Shown: positions 37,214 to 46,943 of the stretch, one piece after another
Numbering within the stretch: position 1 is the first letter of the stretch
How the letters are laid out: the number at the start of each line of letters is the position of its first letter
Virus record (IMG/VR): IMGVR_UViG_3300030329_006602
Span: 12,332-76,331 of that record
Length of the DNA: 64,000 nt
DNA from: a virus
Strand: one strand, 5' to 3'
The notes under the pieces: model-generated
What the model was told of the DNA's origin: nothing
The model's database searches: none
What the model saw: the letters and a program-made list of their open reading frames with translations, nothing else
Position numbers and translations under genes: made by a program

Positions 37214-38507
37214 GATTAGTAAAGAACTCTTGTATTTGTTTAATGATGTAGTCTATCATCTTTTTTGTCAAGGTGGGTGAGCACCCGAGGAAGAATACTT
37301 TGTCTAGTACGCGGTTGGAGTGGGGGTATTTAGTGTAATCGTCTAAATGTTTATAGGCGGGGTGAATGAGAATGTTTCCCGCGAAGTAATTTCGTGTTTG
37401 GATTTTACATTTTTCGAGGTGCGATACTAGTGCGTCTTTTATTTTTTTATTTTTACAAACTATGGGAACCCCAAACCAACTGGTGTGCGCGGCAGGCAAT
37501 TCATCAACGGTATTGACGTCAGCGAGAGGTTTAAGCGCCTTATCTATCGCTTGCTTGTTGGCCCTGCGCTTTTTATGAATTTCGCTAAATTTTTCCAGTT
37601 GAACGCAACCTAGTGCTCCCTGTAGGTCCAGGGGCTTTAGGTTGTATCCCATATTAGTGAAGATATATTTGTGGTCCACTATCCCTGAGTACTCCTCTAG
37701 CCACTTGTCAAACCTATTTCCGCATGTACCGCACGCAGATAAATTGGCCATTCCAACGCAATAACAATCCCTACCCCACCACGCCAAGCTTCTTGCGGTT
37801 TTAACTATGTGTGGGTTATTAGAGGAAACCATTCCTCCTTCTGCCGTGCATATATGATGTGCAGGATAAAAAGAGCATGAGGAAGCAATAACGTATTCAT
37901 TTAGATATTTTCCTTCCCATTGAGATCCAAGTGAATCACAGTTATCAAGAATTAATTCTAGGTTGTATTTGTTTTTTAGATCTAAAAGCTTATTGAAGTC
38001 AGGGGGGTTTGCTAAGACAGGGGAGATGAATATAGCTTTGGTTTTTGGTGTTATTTTCTTTTCCACCTCCTCTAGATCAAAGTTTAAGGTTTTAAATTCA
38101 ATATCCGCAAAGACAGGCTGTAGATTGTGTTGGTAAATCGGGGCGATGGTAGTAGGAAACCCCACTGGGGAAACTATAATCTCGTCCCCATCCCTCCAGT
38201 TCAGTACTTTTTTAATCGCCCCCACCATAACTAGATTGGCGGAACTGCCAGAGTTTACCATTACGGACTGCGCTTGCTTAAATTTTTTGGAGAATTGAAT
38301 CTCAAATCTATGAACAGCCTCCCCAGAAGATAGCCACTTACCTGCGAGCACCGAATTTAAGATGGTCTCAACCTCACTTTCGTCCCAGTAGGGACCTGAG
38401 TAGTAAATGGGAGACCGTCCTGGAGTAAATTCCTTTTTATTGTGAAGGTAGGGGGGTGTTATCTCCGAGGTGAGTTGAGAAATAATTTTACTTAGCTGTT
38501 CTGACAT
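37200..38507 (-). CDS. rfbH: RfbH/DdhC-type PMP/[2Fe-2S] 3-dehydrase (DegT family)
   Basis: VNSGSSANL; SFYPAHH (His in place of catalytic Lys); WGRDCYC..CGTCG; DHKY. Confidence 0.85.
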   Translation of the reverse strand: MSEQLSKIISQLTSEITPPYLHNKKEFTPGRSPIYYSGPYWDESEVETILNSVLAGKWLSSGEAVHRFEIQFSKKFKQAQSVMVNSGSSANLVMVGAIKKVLNWRDGDEIIVSPVGFPTTIAPIYQHNLQPVFADIEFKTLNFDLEEVEKKITPKTKAIFISPVLANPPDFNKLLDLKNKYNLELILDNCDSLGSQWEGKYLNEYVIASSCSFYPAHHICTAEGGMVSSNNPHIVKTARSLAWWGRDCYCVGMANLSACGTCGNRFDKWLEEYSGIVDHKYIFTNMGYNLKPLDLQGALGCVQLEKFSEIHKKRRANKQAIDKALKPLADVNTVDELPAAHTSWFGVPIVCKNKKIKDALVSHLEKCKIQTRNYFAGNILIHPAYKHLDDYTKYPHSNRVLDKVFFLGCSPTLTKKMIDYIIKQIQEFFTNHEKN

Positions 38508-38517
38508 AGGTCTCCTT

Positions 38518-39237
38518 TTAGAGGTCTCTTGTTAGGTGTTGGAGCGTTTGCCATTCGTAAAGGTAATGCCACTCGGGTGTAGGTGAGGTTAGTAACTCCT
38601 TAGTCTGCGACGCGCTGTGGATTCGGTTGACCGTAAGGATATCGGGTATTATGGCTGGGGCTCCAAAGGCGTGAAACATTCGGCAATAAAATTCGCAATC
38701 TAAGTAAAATTTTAGGGTGGGATTAAAGAGGTATGGCCCGTGTTTATTATTTAATGTTAAGGAGGAGGGACAACTCAGGGTGTTTTTTCCCGCTTTCATT
38801 CCTTGGTGATCGTACTTGGGTGAATATGGCCTGATGAATGATTTTCCTCCATTTTCAGTATGGGTGCAGGCGTTAATTATCCAGGATTTATCACTAGTAA
38901 GATGGGGAGCTAAGAGCTCTAAGCTTTGGGGGCTATAAAAGAAATCATCCTGCAACAGGATTTTCGTGAATTTTCCATTGGATAACTCTAGCACGTTGTT
39001 GAGGTTGGGCCCAATGGAGCCGTAGCTGGCTGTAAAAGCGGAGTACCGTAAGTCTATCTTTTTTTCCCATTTGGAACAAAGGTTCTGGATGGATGTGTCT
39101 TTACTGTTGTCCGAAACAATTACATTGTAATCCGTGAAAGACTGTGCTTCTATTTTTTTAAGGCTAAATTCCAGAAACTCGCTACCCATTCCGTTGAATT
39201 CATAAGTAGGGATCGCTATAGATATAAGAGGGTTCAT
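38518..39237 (-). CDS. GT2 glycosyltransferase
   Basis: ISIAIPTY; VSDNS; LLQDD; D.E.Y. Confidence 0.8.
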   Translation of the reverse strand: MNPLISIAIPTYEFNGMGSEFLEFSLKKIEAQSFTDYNVIVSDNSKDTSIQNLCSKWEKKIDLRYSAFTASYGSIGPNLNNVLELSNGKFTKILLQDDFFYSPQSLELLAPHLTSDKSWIINACTHTENGGKSFIRPYSPKYDHQGMKAGKNTLSCPSSLTLNNKHGPYLFNPTLKFYLDCEFYCRMFHAFGAPAIIPDILTVNRIHSASQTKELLTSPTPEWHYLYEWQTLQHLTRDL

Positions 39238-39238
39238 C

Positions 39239-39973
39239 TTATAGTCTCCAACTAGAGTCTGGAGTGGGGGGTTGGGGGGTTGGTTGGTAGATGCTCTGAA
39301 TCAGGTAGTGACCCTGGTCTTTATTTATGCCGTAGGCAGTGGTTAAAGTGGGCTCTTTATTTACTTCTACATGGGGATAAGAAGAAAGGGGTTCGTCGGT
39401 TCCTAGGGAACTAGATTGGTAGAAGGGGGGCTTGTCGAAAGCATAAATGTTAAAATAGCGATGGATTTCTGCATAACCTATATCGAGGTGATTTGCTATT
39501 TTCATCCAGTGTTCGGCTACTCGGGCGCACATGTCTACATAGTCTTGGCTAATGAAGAGCATTGCGTGGGTGCTGAGCATATTAAATATCCTTAATAAAT
39601 TTTCGTTGATTTTTTGTAGGTGAACGAAGGGTCCCGATCTTCCATCTAGTCTGCCCCACGAGGAGTTTCCTAGGTAGACCGCATCTGCGTCGTCGGGGAA
39701 TTCGATAATTGGTCGAAAGTTTTTTTCCGTAGCGTCGTCTTCTAAAATAATGAAGGGGGGAGTATTGTTTTCCATTAGGTGGAGGTGCGATGCTGCACAC
39801 CCTTCTGCCGCCGCGGAATCGTGGGCAGTCATATTCGTTCCTTTTATCCCTTCGAAGCGTGAGTAGTTGGTGAAATTGAGTCGCGCCAGCATTTCCTCCA
39901 TATTTTTGCGCTTGTCCGAGGCTGTCGCCATATTAATGTAATGGACAGGTATGTCTCTAAGATCTAATTTCAT
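39239..39973 (-). CDS. GT25-like glycosyltransferase
   Basis: YINM..KR; GCAASH; IILEDD; LG; STHA. Confidence 0.75.
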   Translation of the reverse strand: MKLDLRDIPVHYINMATASDKRKNMEEMLARLNFTNYSRFEGIKGTNMTAHDSAAAEGCAASHLHLMENNTPPFIILEDDATEKNFRPIIEFPDDADAVYLGNSSWGRLDGRSGPFVHLQKINENLLRIFNMLSTHAMLFISQDYVDMCARVAEHWMKIANHLDIGYAEIHRYFNIYAFDKPPFYQSSSLGTDEPLSSYPHVEVNKEPTLTTAYGINKDQGHYLIQSIYQPTPQPPTPDSSWRL

Positions 39974-40652
39974 GATGGTCTTTGTTTAATGCTAACAGTC
40001 GGCATTTGAAGGGGAGGGGGTGTCCCTCTCCAAAGCAGTATCCTGGATCGAGGGCTAGGGTGGGGGGATTATCGATAAAATAGCGATTCATATGGCTCTC
40101 ATCATGCCATAGAGCGATAATGTCGTTTTTAAAATCCGTGTCAATGTTGTCTGCGAGAACGCGGGCCATTTTTAAATACTCACTCGCTGTACCTCCATTA
40201 AATCCTCCCGCCATGTAGTACGAGTAGGGAAAATCTTCATTCTCATGAATGCAGGCCAAGGATTCGGGTCGCGTTTCGGGGTCTCCTCTAGGTTTATATA
40301 AATAACAACCTGGATGAGCCGTACCCACTAAAGTGGAGAGAATTTCATCCCCTACTTTATCCTTAAAAAGCATGTCTGCATCACTATAGTAAAGGTAATC
40401 CATTTTGGATAGCTCCTCTTGGTAAGTGGTGAAAATCCTATATCTTCCCAGCGTCATCCAGGGCCATTCTTTGTGTTCTACTTTGAGTTTGACTACCTTT
40501 CTCTCGCTTTGGATTTCATCTTCTCTATCGGTAAAGAGGAAGTAAGTGACATCTTGGTCTTGGAGGAAATGCTCGTCGGCGCTGCTGATTAGGTCTTGAG
40601 CAAACCTAATATATTTATTTGATGCAATAATTAAGAGTCCTACCTTATTCAT
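39957..40652 (-). CDS. GT6 alpha-1,3-Gal/GalNAc transferase
   Basis: IA..KY; YFLFTD; WP..TL.R; DAD; HPG; YY.AGGF.GG; WHDESH.NRY. Confidence 0.9.
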   Translation of the reverse strand: MNKVGLLIIASNKYIRFAQDLISSADEHFLQDQDVTYFLFTDREDEIQSERKVVKLKVEHKEWPWMTLGRYRIFTTYQEELSKMDYLYYSDADMLFKDKVGDEILSTLVGTAHPGCYLYKPRGDPETRPESLACIHENEDFPYSYYMAGGFNGGTASEYLKMARVLADNIDTDFKNDIIALWHDESHMNRYFIDNPPTLALDPGYCFGEGHPLPFKCRLLALNKDHHEIRS

Positions 40653-41617
40653 GCAATTTCCCACCCTTCAGGAATTAAATCATTTAGATAGTTTTGGGGA
40701 TTTAGCGTCGACTTCTGCGCGTAACCTTCGCTAAACCAAAGCTTGGGGGCAATTACTCTTTTATTTTTATTGGGGTTTAGCCATGCTCCCCACCAGCTAA
40801 ACGACGAATTAGAAATCACGTGATCTTGACACCGAGACATTAAGATCATTTCCGTGAAATCGCTTTCTAGGTTAAGGTGCGCCCTTTTCTCGAAGTCTGG
40901 ATGGGTTTGGTCCTTCTCTTCTTCGGTGTGCCCCCTTTCTGAAATGAAAGTGGCGTTGTCTAGAACGAGATTATTTTTACACCAGTCTAGATCGTCTGAA
41001 AAAACTAAAACATGATCGGGCTTGAGGCGATCCAATGCACTTTGGTAGTAGTCTAGGGATTGTGTGGGGTGGGGATTATCAGGGTGTGATTCTTCTAACT
41101 TGACGTAATCCCCTCTTCTCACGTGCAAGGAGGCGTAGCGTTGGGCTTGGTCCAGTCTGTATTTGCTGTCTATGTAATCTGTGATGGTTTTTTTTGGTTG
41201 AAACAACTTGCGGATTACGGCTGTTGACCGCTGGAAATATTTTTCACTTTGAAAGTAGCCGTCAAGATTTATTAGTTGAGTCGGGTCTATTAAGGTATCT
41301 CGATCCAGGTGCTGTGGATAAATATTGGGCAGATGACCCCCTTTGGACTCCGCTAAGTTTAGTAGTTTTTGATTGTTAGGTAAATAGGTTTCTCCCGTTT
41401 CGGGGTTTATACCCTTCCATAAGGCGGAAATTATTTCATCATTCAAGGTTCTCCAGTTCTCTCCGTTGTGAAATAGTCTTGAAGGTGCGGTCCACACGCG
41501 AGGAAAAAGAACGTCGGTATTCAAGGAGTGGGATAGTCCTATGGCGGCAGCCGCTTGAAAAAGCTGATTTCCCAGGCGTCCGTTCCTTCCTATGTTGAGA
41601 TTTGTTAGTACTGCCAT
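40649..41617 (-). CDS. GT11 alpha-1,2-fucosyltransferase
   Basis: GRLGNQLFQ; GYFQSEKYF; HVRRGDY; FSDD; SNSSFSWWGAWL. Confidence 0.9.
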   Translation of the reverse strand: MAVLTNLNIGRNGRLGNQLFQAAAAIGLSHSLNTDVLFPRVWTAPSRLFHNGENWRTLNDEIISALWKGINPETGETYLPNNQKLLNLAESKGGHLPNIYPQHLDRDTLIDPTQLINLDGYFQSEKYFQRSTAVIRKLFQPKKTITDYIDSKYRLDQAQRYASLHVRRGDYVKLEESHPDNPHPTQSLDYYQSALDRLKPDHVLVFSDDLDWCKNNLVLDNATFISERGHTEEEKDQTHPDFEKRAHLNLESDFTEMILMSRCQDHVISNSSFSWWGAWLNPNKNKRVIAPKLWFSEGYAQKSTLNPQNYLNDLIPEGWEIA

Positions 41618-41618
41618 A

Positions 41619-42542
41619 TTATTTATTATATTTGTGCAGATAGGGCTGTTGAGCGTAGTAGGTTCTTATGTGGTCCTGCCTCATTTTCATAAAATTAAGA
41701 TAGAGTATTGTGTTGTTGATATATTCTATGTTCTCTATGGCTGAATCCGCCAGTCTTTCATGCTCTAGGTGATATACCGCCCCCTGGTCTAGGTGGGCCA
41801 CTTTTGCCCCAAGAGCCTTAAATCTGAAGTAGCGTTCCTTGTCTTCGGGGCCCCACGAGATGAAGTTTTCGTTTTCCATTCCGAAGGCGCGGTATGCGTT
41901 GGTATTGATGAACTGACAATGCCCTGCGAAAGATTCATCGTTGGTTACTATGTCTATTAGTGTGGTGATATCGGCCCCTGTTTCTAATTTCTTTTTAAGG
42001 AGTTTTCTTATATCTTGGGTTATTTTCTTCTGTGAAAAGCCCAGCTCAAAGGGGTAGACCATGTCTAGGTTTTCTTCTCGTAATTTGGCGGCGGCCGTTA
42101 TGTATGACTGTAGTGGAAGGAGGATGTCCGCGTCGTAATTTACTGTAATAGGCGTCTCTACCTTGGCTAGCATTTCATTGAGCATTCGCGTGCGGTGAAA
42201 TGGTTTTGTCGAAAGATTTAATTTCTCCAACTCGGAGGCTTTATTGAACTGCCGCCATTGTTCTTGGTAGTTCATGTATTCCTCACTACCTTCTTTTACG
42301 TAGCCGCTTTCAAAGTAATAATTGACGCGCGGGTGATTTTGTATAGAATCGGGGACAAGGGGAACTTCTTCTAGCGGTGAGGTGGCGGTTTCTTTACTAA
42401 GCTGTCCCATTTCATGTATAATGAATTTGCAGTCAAAATTATTGGAGAGGTATCCGAAGCTTATTTCTAGATTATCTAGACGGTCCGCGCTTTCTATCTT
42501 AATCGGGATTATGAATGTAACGTCTTGAAGCTGATCGATCAT
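41619..42542 (-). CDS. GT2/GT7C-like (galactosyltransferase-like) protein
   Basis: FIIPI; F.R...N; DAD; ENENF.SWG.ED; YHLEH. Confidence 0.75.
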   Translation of the reverse strand: MIDQLQDVTFIIPIKIESADRLDNLEISFGYLSNNFDCKFIIHEMGQLSKETATSPLEEVPLVPDSIQNHPRVNYYFESGYVKEGSEEYMNYQEQWRQFNKASELEKLNLSTKPFHRTRMLNEMLAKVETPITVNYDADILLPLQSYITAAAKLREENLDMVYPFELGFSQKKITQDIRKLLKKKLETGADITTLIDIVTNDESFAGHCQFINTNAYRAFGMENENFISWGPEDKERYFRFKALGAKVAHLDQGAVYHLEHERLADSAIENIEYINNTILYLNFMKMRQDHIRTYYAQQPYLHKYNK

Positions 42543-43255
42543 GCTAGTTTATAGTCTCTCGATAGGATATTAAACTCTTGGGAAAGTTTTTGCAATTTTA
42601 ATTTATTCTGTTCCTCTGTAAGCGCAGGGGATTCGGGGATCCCCCAGTTTGACCCCCTTATAAAGTGAAACATTTTAGTATCTAATATCTCGTGGAATCT
42701 ATCGGTTCCTTGATGTCGGTGTTCTTGCTTTATTCCCCTTACTTCCCTTTGCCCTAGGCGCTCTATATGGTGGTGTAATTGTCCCCCCGTGTCCGTCGAC
42801 TCTCCCTTGATATGGGTGGGGAGAAAATCCATCTGGGGTATTTTGTTTAAATCTATATTTATATATGCAGGGCACATGTAGGAGATTTTTCCTCTGTGTT
42901 GTAGTAGTCCTTCTAGTGCATAATTACTTTCTATGTGAAATTTTTTAAAGGGAATAACGTCGTGGTCTAGTATGAGGAGTCTATTGAATCCTCTTTTCTT
43001 TATCTCCCTAAAACCCTCGTTCAGGGCTGGAGCGTGGCTAAAGCTTCCGCAAGCATGTTGATAGTTTGTTTTGGCAAAGGTGGCTTGGTACTCCTGGGTA
43101 GTATGAAGGATTTCGTTACTAATGCTTGATTTCTCTGGAGGAGTGTTATCTATAATTAGAATTTCTACAGGATCGACACAGAGATTTTGTATGCGATTCA
43201 GTTGGTGTTCAATAAAGAAAGAGGTACTGTGGGTGACTATGACTACCGCATTCAT
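42539..43255 (-). CDS. GT-A-like protein
   Basis: IIDN; H..ALN; LDHD; DTGG; H..GSNW. Confidence 0.6.
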   Translation of the reverse strand: MNAVVIVTHSTSFFIEHQLNRIQNLCVDPVEILIIDNTPPEKSSISNEILHTTQEYQATFAKTNYQHACGSFSHAPALNEGFREIKKRGFNRLLILDHDVIPFKKFHIESNYALEGLLQHRGKISYMCPAYINIDLNKIPQMDFLPTHIKGESTDTGGQLHHHIERLGQREVRGIKQEHRHQGTDRFHEILDTKMFHFIRGSNWGIPESPALTEEQNKLKLQKLSQEFNILSRDYKLA

Positions 43256-44145
43256 GTGGGTTTGTTTTCTTTTATCCAATCTAGAATATCTATCTGTGGA
43301 CTCCACTTTAGGATCTTTTTTGCTTTGGAGATATCTGCCAAGGTAAATTTAGGCTCAATGCGGGGCTCTATATATTTTCGTTTTTTGGAAACGAGATCGC
43401 AGAGGTCATTGAGAGAGTTATTGGTCCCCGACCCAATGTTGAAAAAGCTGTGTCCACTCGTGGAAACTGTAGCGGCCTGGAGGTTGGCTCGCGCCACATC
43501 TCTTACGTTTATAAAATCTCTGCTGTTGTTTCCGTCTCCCGTGAGAGTAGGTAATTCTCCAGCTACCAACTGGCGAAACCAAATCCCCACCACGGGAACA
43601 TATGCCCCCTGTAGAGGTTGACGCTCGCCATAAACATTAAAGTATCTCAATGATACGCTATTTAGTCCATATAGTGTATGAAATAGGTCTAGATATTGCT
43701 CGCCAAACAATTTTTGTAACCCATATGGACTCAGGGGGTGGGGAGTCGCTCTTTCTGATATCTTTCTTGGGGGGACATCTCCGTAGATAGAGGAGGAGGA
43801 GCTGAAAATTACTTTCTTAACTTTCGCCTCTTTTGCCGCAAAGAATACATTGAGTGACCCCTTCGTGTTGATTTCATCTGAAGGGAGGGGGTTCTGGATG
43901 GAGGGTTCTACTCGCGGTAGTGCGGCTAAATGGAAAACATAGTCTACTCCCTTGAAGATATGCTCGACGCGCTTAAAGTTACGGATGTCCTCTATATAAT
44001 ATGTTGCGTCTCGATTCGCGTTCTCCTTGGATCCAGTAGAGAGGTCGTCTATTACTGAAACCTCATGACCTTCTTCGACTAGGAGGTCAACTACGTTGCT
44101 TCCAATGAAACCGAGGCCTCCTGTTACTAGTGATTTTATTTTCAT
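43252..44145 (-). CDS. NAD-dependent NDP-sugar epimerase (GalE/WbpP-like)
   Basis: TGGLGFIGS; HLAA; SPYGLQK; LRYFNVYG; RDF. Confidence 0.9.
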   Translation of the reverse strand: MKIKSLVTGGLGFIGSNVVDLLVEEGHEVSVIDDLSTGSKENANRDATYYIEDIRNFKRVEHIFKGVDYVFHLAALPRVEPSIQNPLPSDEINTKGSLNVFFAAKEAKVKKVIFSSSSSIYGDVPPRKISERATPHPLSPYGLQKLFGEQYLDLFHTLYGLNSVSLRYFNVYGERQPLQGAYVPVVGIWFRQLVAGELPTLTGDGNNSRDFINVRDVARANLQAATVSTSGHSFFNIGSGTNNSLNDLCDLVSKKRKYIEPRIEPKFTLADISKAKKILKWSPQIDILDWIKENKPT

Positions 44146-44801
44146 TGGGACTTTTTAGGGATGCAGATTAATAATTTATCTTTTCTGGTTAAATTACTGA
44201 ATAATTCATCTCCCCACGGCCACGAGGCGCGACCCTCCTCGGTTGCTTCCTCAGTTAAATGAAGATGATAGGATGATAGGGCGTTATGCTGTTTAAAAAT
44301 TTTTAAGAGTCGTGTTTCCGCGAAATCCTGATTTACGTCATCGACTATTATGGGATGATTAGGAACGGTATGTGTGAGAATGGTGTGTAGTTCGTTTTCG
44401 ATGATTTCCTCGAGGCTATACTCCTCCCCACCACTTCCTTCCCCACTGTGATGCGCGTCAAGAAAAAATACTGTGGGAGTAGTGATATTTTGAAGAATTT
44501 CAGGCAAAACTTCCTGGGATGGTCCGATGTGTAAGTCGATATCAGGCTCTTCCCATTCGGGGGCCTGTTCTTTAGCAGCGGTAATCTGGCTCGGTAGATA
44601 CTGTGAGTTGTATGCTTGGCGGTCTTCCTGTAACTCTATAGAGTGGATTTTTTTAAAGTGGGTATGAAGGGAAAGAAGGAAGATAATGGTCCTAGCCTTA
44701 TCGGTCCCTGTTTCCACAAAGATATCTGGGCTCAGCCCCTCTAAGAACTCATGGAGGTCTCCCTCTTTTTTGAATCCAAAATTTTTATAGGGTATGGTCA
44801 T
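44142..44801 (-). CDS. SAM methyltransferase-like protein
   Basis: FVETGT; SIEL; FFLDAH.SG; IIVDD. Confidence 0.7.
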   Translation of the reverse strand: MTIPYKNFGFKKEGDLHEFLEGLSPDIFVETGTDKARTIIFLLSLHTHFKKIHSIELQEDRQAYNSQYLPSQITAAKEQAPEWEEPDIDLHIGPSQEVLPEILQNITTPTVFFLDAHHSGEGSGGEEYSLEEIIENELHTILTHTVPNHPIIVDDVNQDFAETRLLKIFKQHNALSSYHLHLTEEATEEGRASWPWGDELFSNLTRKDKLLICIPKKSQ

Positions 44802-45502
44802 AGTGATTTCTTTATTTTTTCCTTGAGTGCGGTTGTGGATCTATCGTGGTTTCTTCCGTGGAAGTATACCTCCATCCCTAAATTTTCCCCCGTGAATTTT
44901 TGGCCGCGATAGTCGGATCCCAGGATGCGGAGGTGTGCACCTGAGTTCTTTAATAAATCATAAAGATCTTGTTCGCGATCATAGGTTTGAATTTCATCAA
45001 TGTATTTGATTGATTCGAGAATAAGTTTTCTATCCTCCAAGCTTTGGACGGGACTGGTCTTGTATGGCCTCTCCACACTCGAGTCTTCTTGCAGCGCGAC
45101 GATTAAGTGGTCGCAAACCCGTTTGGCATCTTGAAACATGTAGATGTATCCCGCATGTATAAGATCAAAGGAGCCTGCTAGGATACCTATTTTTTTATTT
45201 AGCTTTCTTCTGAAGTCATCTATATGCATTGCCTTGTCGTCGATGTAGATGTCGGCCCCTAGTTTTTTGCCAACGCATAACTGGTGGTATTTGATTCCCC
45301 ATTTCTCCATTTGTTCATGGGTAAATTCTCTCCAGTCTATCCCCGAGCTATATCCCCGAGCGGTAGCTAAACGGATAGTGTGTCCCTCTGCGTGGAGCTT
45401 ATTGATTTCATCCACGACATCGGGAAAGGGTTCCGCTATTGTGTAATCGTGCTCAGCATTCGTACTGCAAATGGTTCCATCTATATCAAAACAATAAATC
45501 AT
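44798..45502 (-). CDS. HAD phosphatase + cytidylyltransferase fusion
   Basis: FDIDGT..TARG..IYIDDK; GSFDLIHAGY..GSDY..STT. Confidence 0.85.
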   Translation of the reverse strand: MIYCFDIDGTICSTNAEHDYTIAEPFPDVVDEINKLHAEGHTIRLATARGYSSGIDWREFTHEQMEKWGIKYHQLCVGKKLGADIYIDDKAMHIDDFRRKLNKKIGILAGSFDLIHAGYIYMFQDAKRVCDHLIVALQEDSSVERPYKTSPVQSLEDRKLILESIKYIDEIQTYDREQDLYDLLKNSGAHLRILGSDYRGQKFTGENLGMEVYFHGRNHDRSTTALKEKIKKSL

Positions 45503-45993
45503 AGTACTGAATGTAAAAAGGTTTCGTGTGCGATTTCAACCACCCCATAGTCTTCTGAGTCTACCCAGTATTCCATTTTTGCAAGAGGGGCAAACTTCCT
45601 TAAGAGGTTATTTTGTTTAAAGCCTGTTAGGATTAACATATCCAGGTTGTTGTTTTTACAGTGCGACGCACAGTTTACTATGTTGAGGGATTCTCCTGAT
45701 GAGGAGATGAGAATATGAAGGGTTTGGCTGGTGGAGAAGTCTTTAATAAACTCCACGTAGGCCTGCTCTCCGTAATCATTGAAGTAGCACGTTAGGCGGG
45801 GCCCATCCCCAAAGGCGAGAGCTCGTTTCTTTAGGACTTTTGAGTAATCCTCCGCAATGTGAAGGCAGGTAGCATTACTTCCGCCGTTCCCTAAGAGGAT
45901 AACATCTTTATATCCCTGTAGCAGCCTGTTAAGTCTATCGCTATACATACAGTTTATTTTCTGAACCTCGGTGGATAGCTCGAATAAATTCAT
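45499..45993 (-). CDS. SIS-domain phosphosugar isomerase (GmhA-like)
   Basis: GNGGSNA..H; ND; ISSSG.S.N; E..H. Confidence 0.8.
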   Translation of the reverse strand: MNLFELSTEVQKINCMYSDRLNRLLQGYKDVILLGNGGSNATCLHIAEDYSKVLKKRALAFGDGPRLTCYFNDYGEQAYVEFIKDFSTSQTLHILISSSGESLNIVNCASHCKNNNLDMLILTGFKQNNLLRKFAPLAKMEYWVDSEDYGVVEIAHETFLHSVL

Positions 45994-46943
45994 AGTTTTT
46001 TTACGTGGGCGCCTTTGTGGGAGATATTAATTTTTACGCAGTGATTTTCTAGGTTATTTTGGCTTGGGATCCAAGAGGGTTTTGTAAAAATTAAAAAGAA
46101 TCCTCCGTTGCCCGCCCCACATAGTCTATGCCCTAAGATATTTGGGGACTCGGAGAGGGTGGCGTTTAATTCTTGTACCCGAGGGTGTTTTATTATTTCA
46201 GGGCACGATTCTACTTTTTTTACCCATCCCTCGTTGATAATTTCAATAAGAGCGCTTAGGTTGTTCTCTTGTAGGGCTTTTTCGGCCTCATCGACAAGAG
46301 ACAATAGCCTCCTGCATTTTTCGATATCTACCTTTTTCAAGAGTTTAGTAGAGGAGCGATACACGCCCGTATGACAGAGAAACATATTAGCCTCGTTGAG
46401 GGTGGCTGGATTGAGCTGAGTTATGGAAACCGTAGAGGGTTTTTTGATAGTAATTTTTTTTAACCCTTTTATTCCACAGCCATAAGGATCCTGGTATCCT
46501 GTAAGTGGATTAAATTTCCTTTCGAGCATAAGGGCTAATTGGCAAATTTTTTCGTTTGCCAGAGTTGTTCTGTTTTTGTGAATACAGGCCTTAATAAAGG
46601 CGATGAGGTAAGACGAGGAGGAGGCGAGCCCTGAGCCGCTAGAAAAGATATCAGCCGTAAGAGAACTGGTATTGGGATTAATATTAAAGTGGGAGAAGCA
46701 CTCTCTTACTATGTCATTTTTTATTTCTTGTATGGTGTCGCACTCTTCTCTGGTGGAGTAATTGATGATATACTTGTTGTCTACCGAGCTTAATCCAAAG
46801 AGATCCTCGTTGATGGTGGCGTAAGTGTAAATGTCTGCTGCAAAATTGATTACCCTACCCTCTCCATATTTATCTATAAATTCTTGAAGATCGGTGGCGC
46901 CTCCCACTAGGGAAATTCGCAATGGACATTTAGACACAATCAT
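45990..46943 (-). CDS. GHMP sugar kinase (HddA-like)
   Basis: PLRISLVGG.TD; GSGLASSS; G.QD; GAGNGGF. Confidence 0.85.
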   Translation of the reverse strand: MIVSKCPLRISLVGGATDLQEFIDKYGEGRVINFAADIYTYATINEDLFGLSSVDNKYIINYSTREECDTIQEIKNDIVRECFSHFNINPNTSSLTADIFSSGSGLASSSSYLIAFIKACIHKNRTTLANEKICQLALMLERKFNPLTGYQDPYGCGIKGLKKITIKKPSTVSITQLNPATLNEANMFLCHTGVYRSSTKLLKKVDIEKCRRLLSLVDEAEKALQENNLSALIEIINEGWVKKVESCPEIIKHPRVQELNATLSESPNILGHRLCGAGNGGFFLIFTKPSWIPSQNNLENHCVKINISHKGAHVKKL

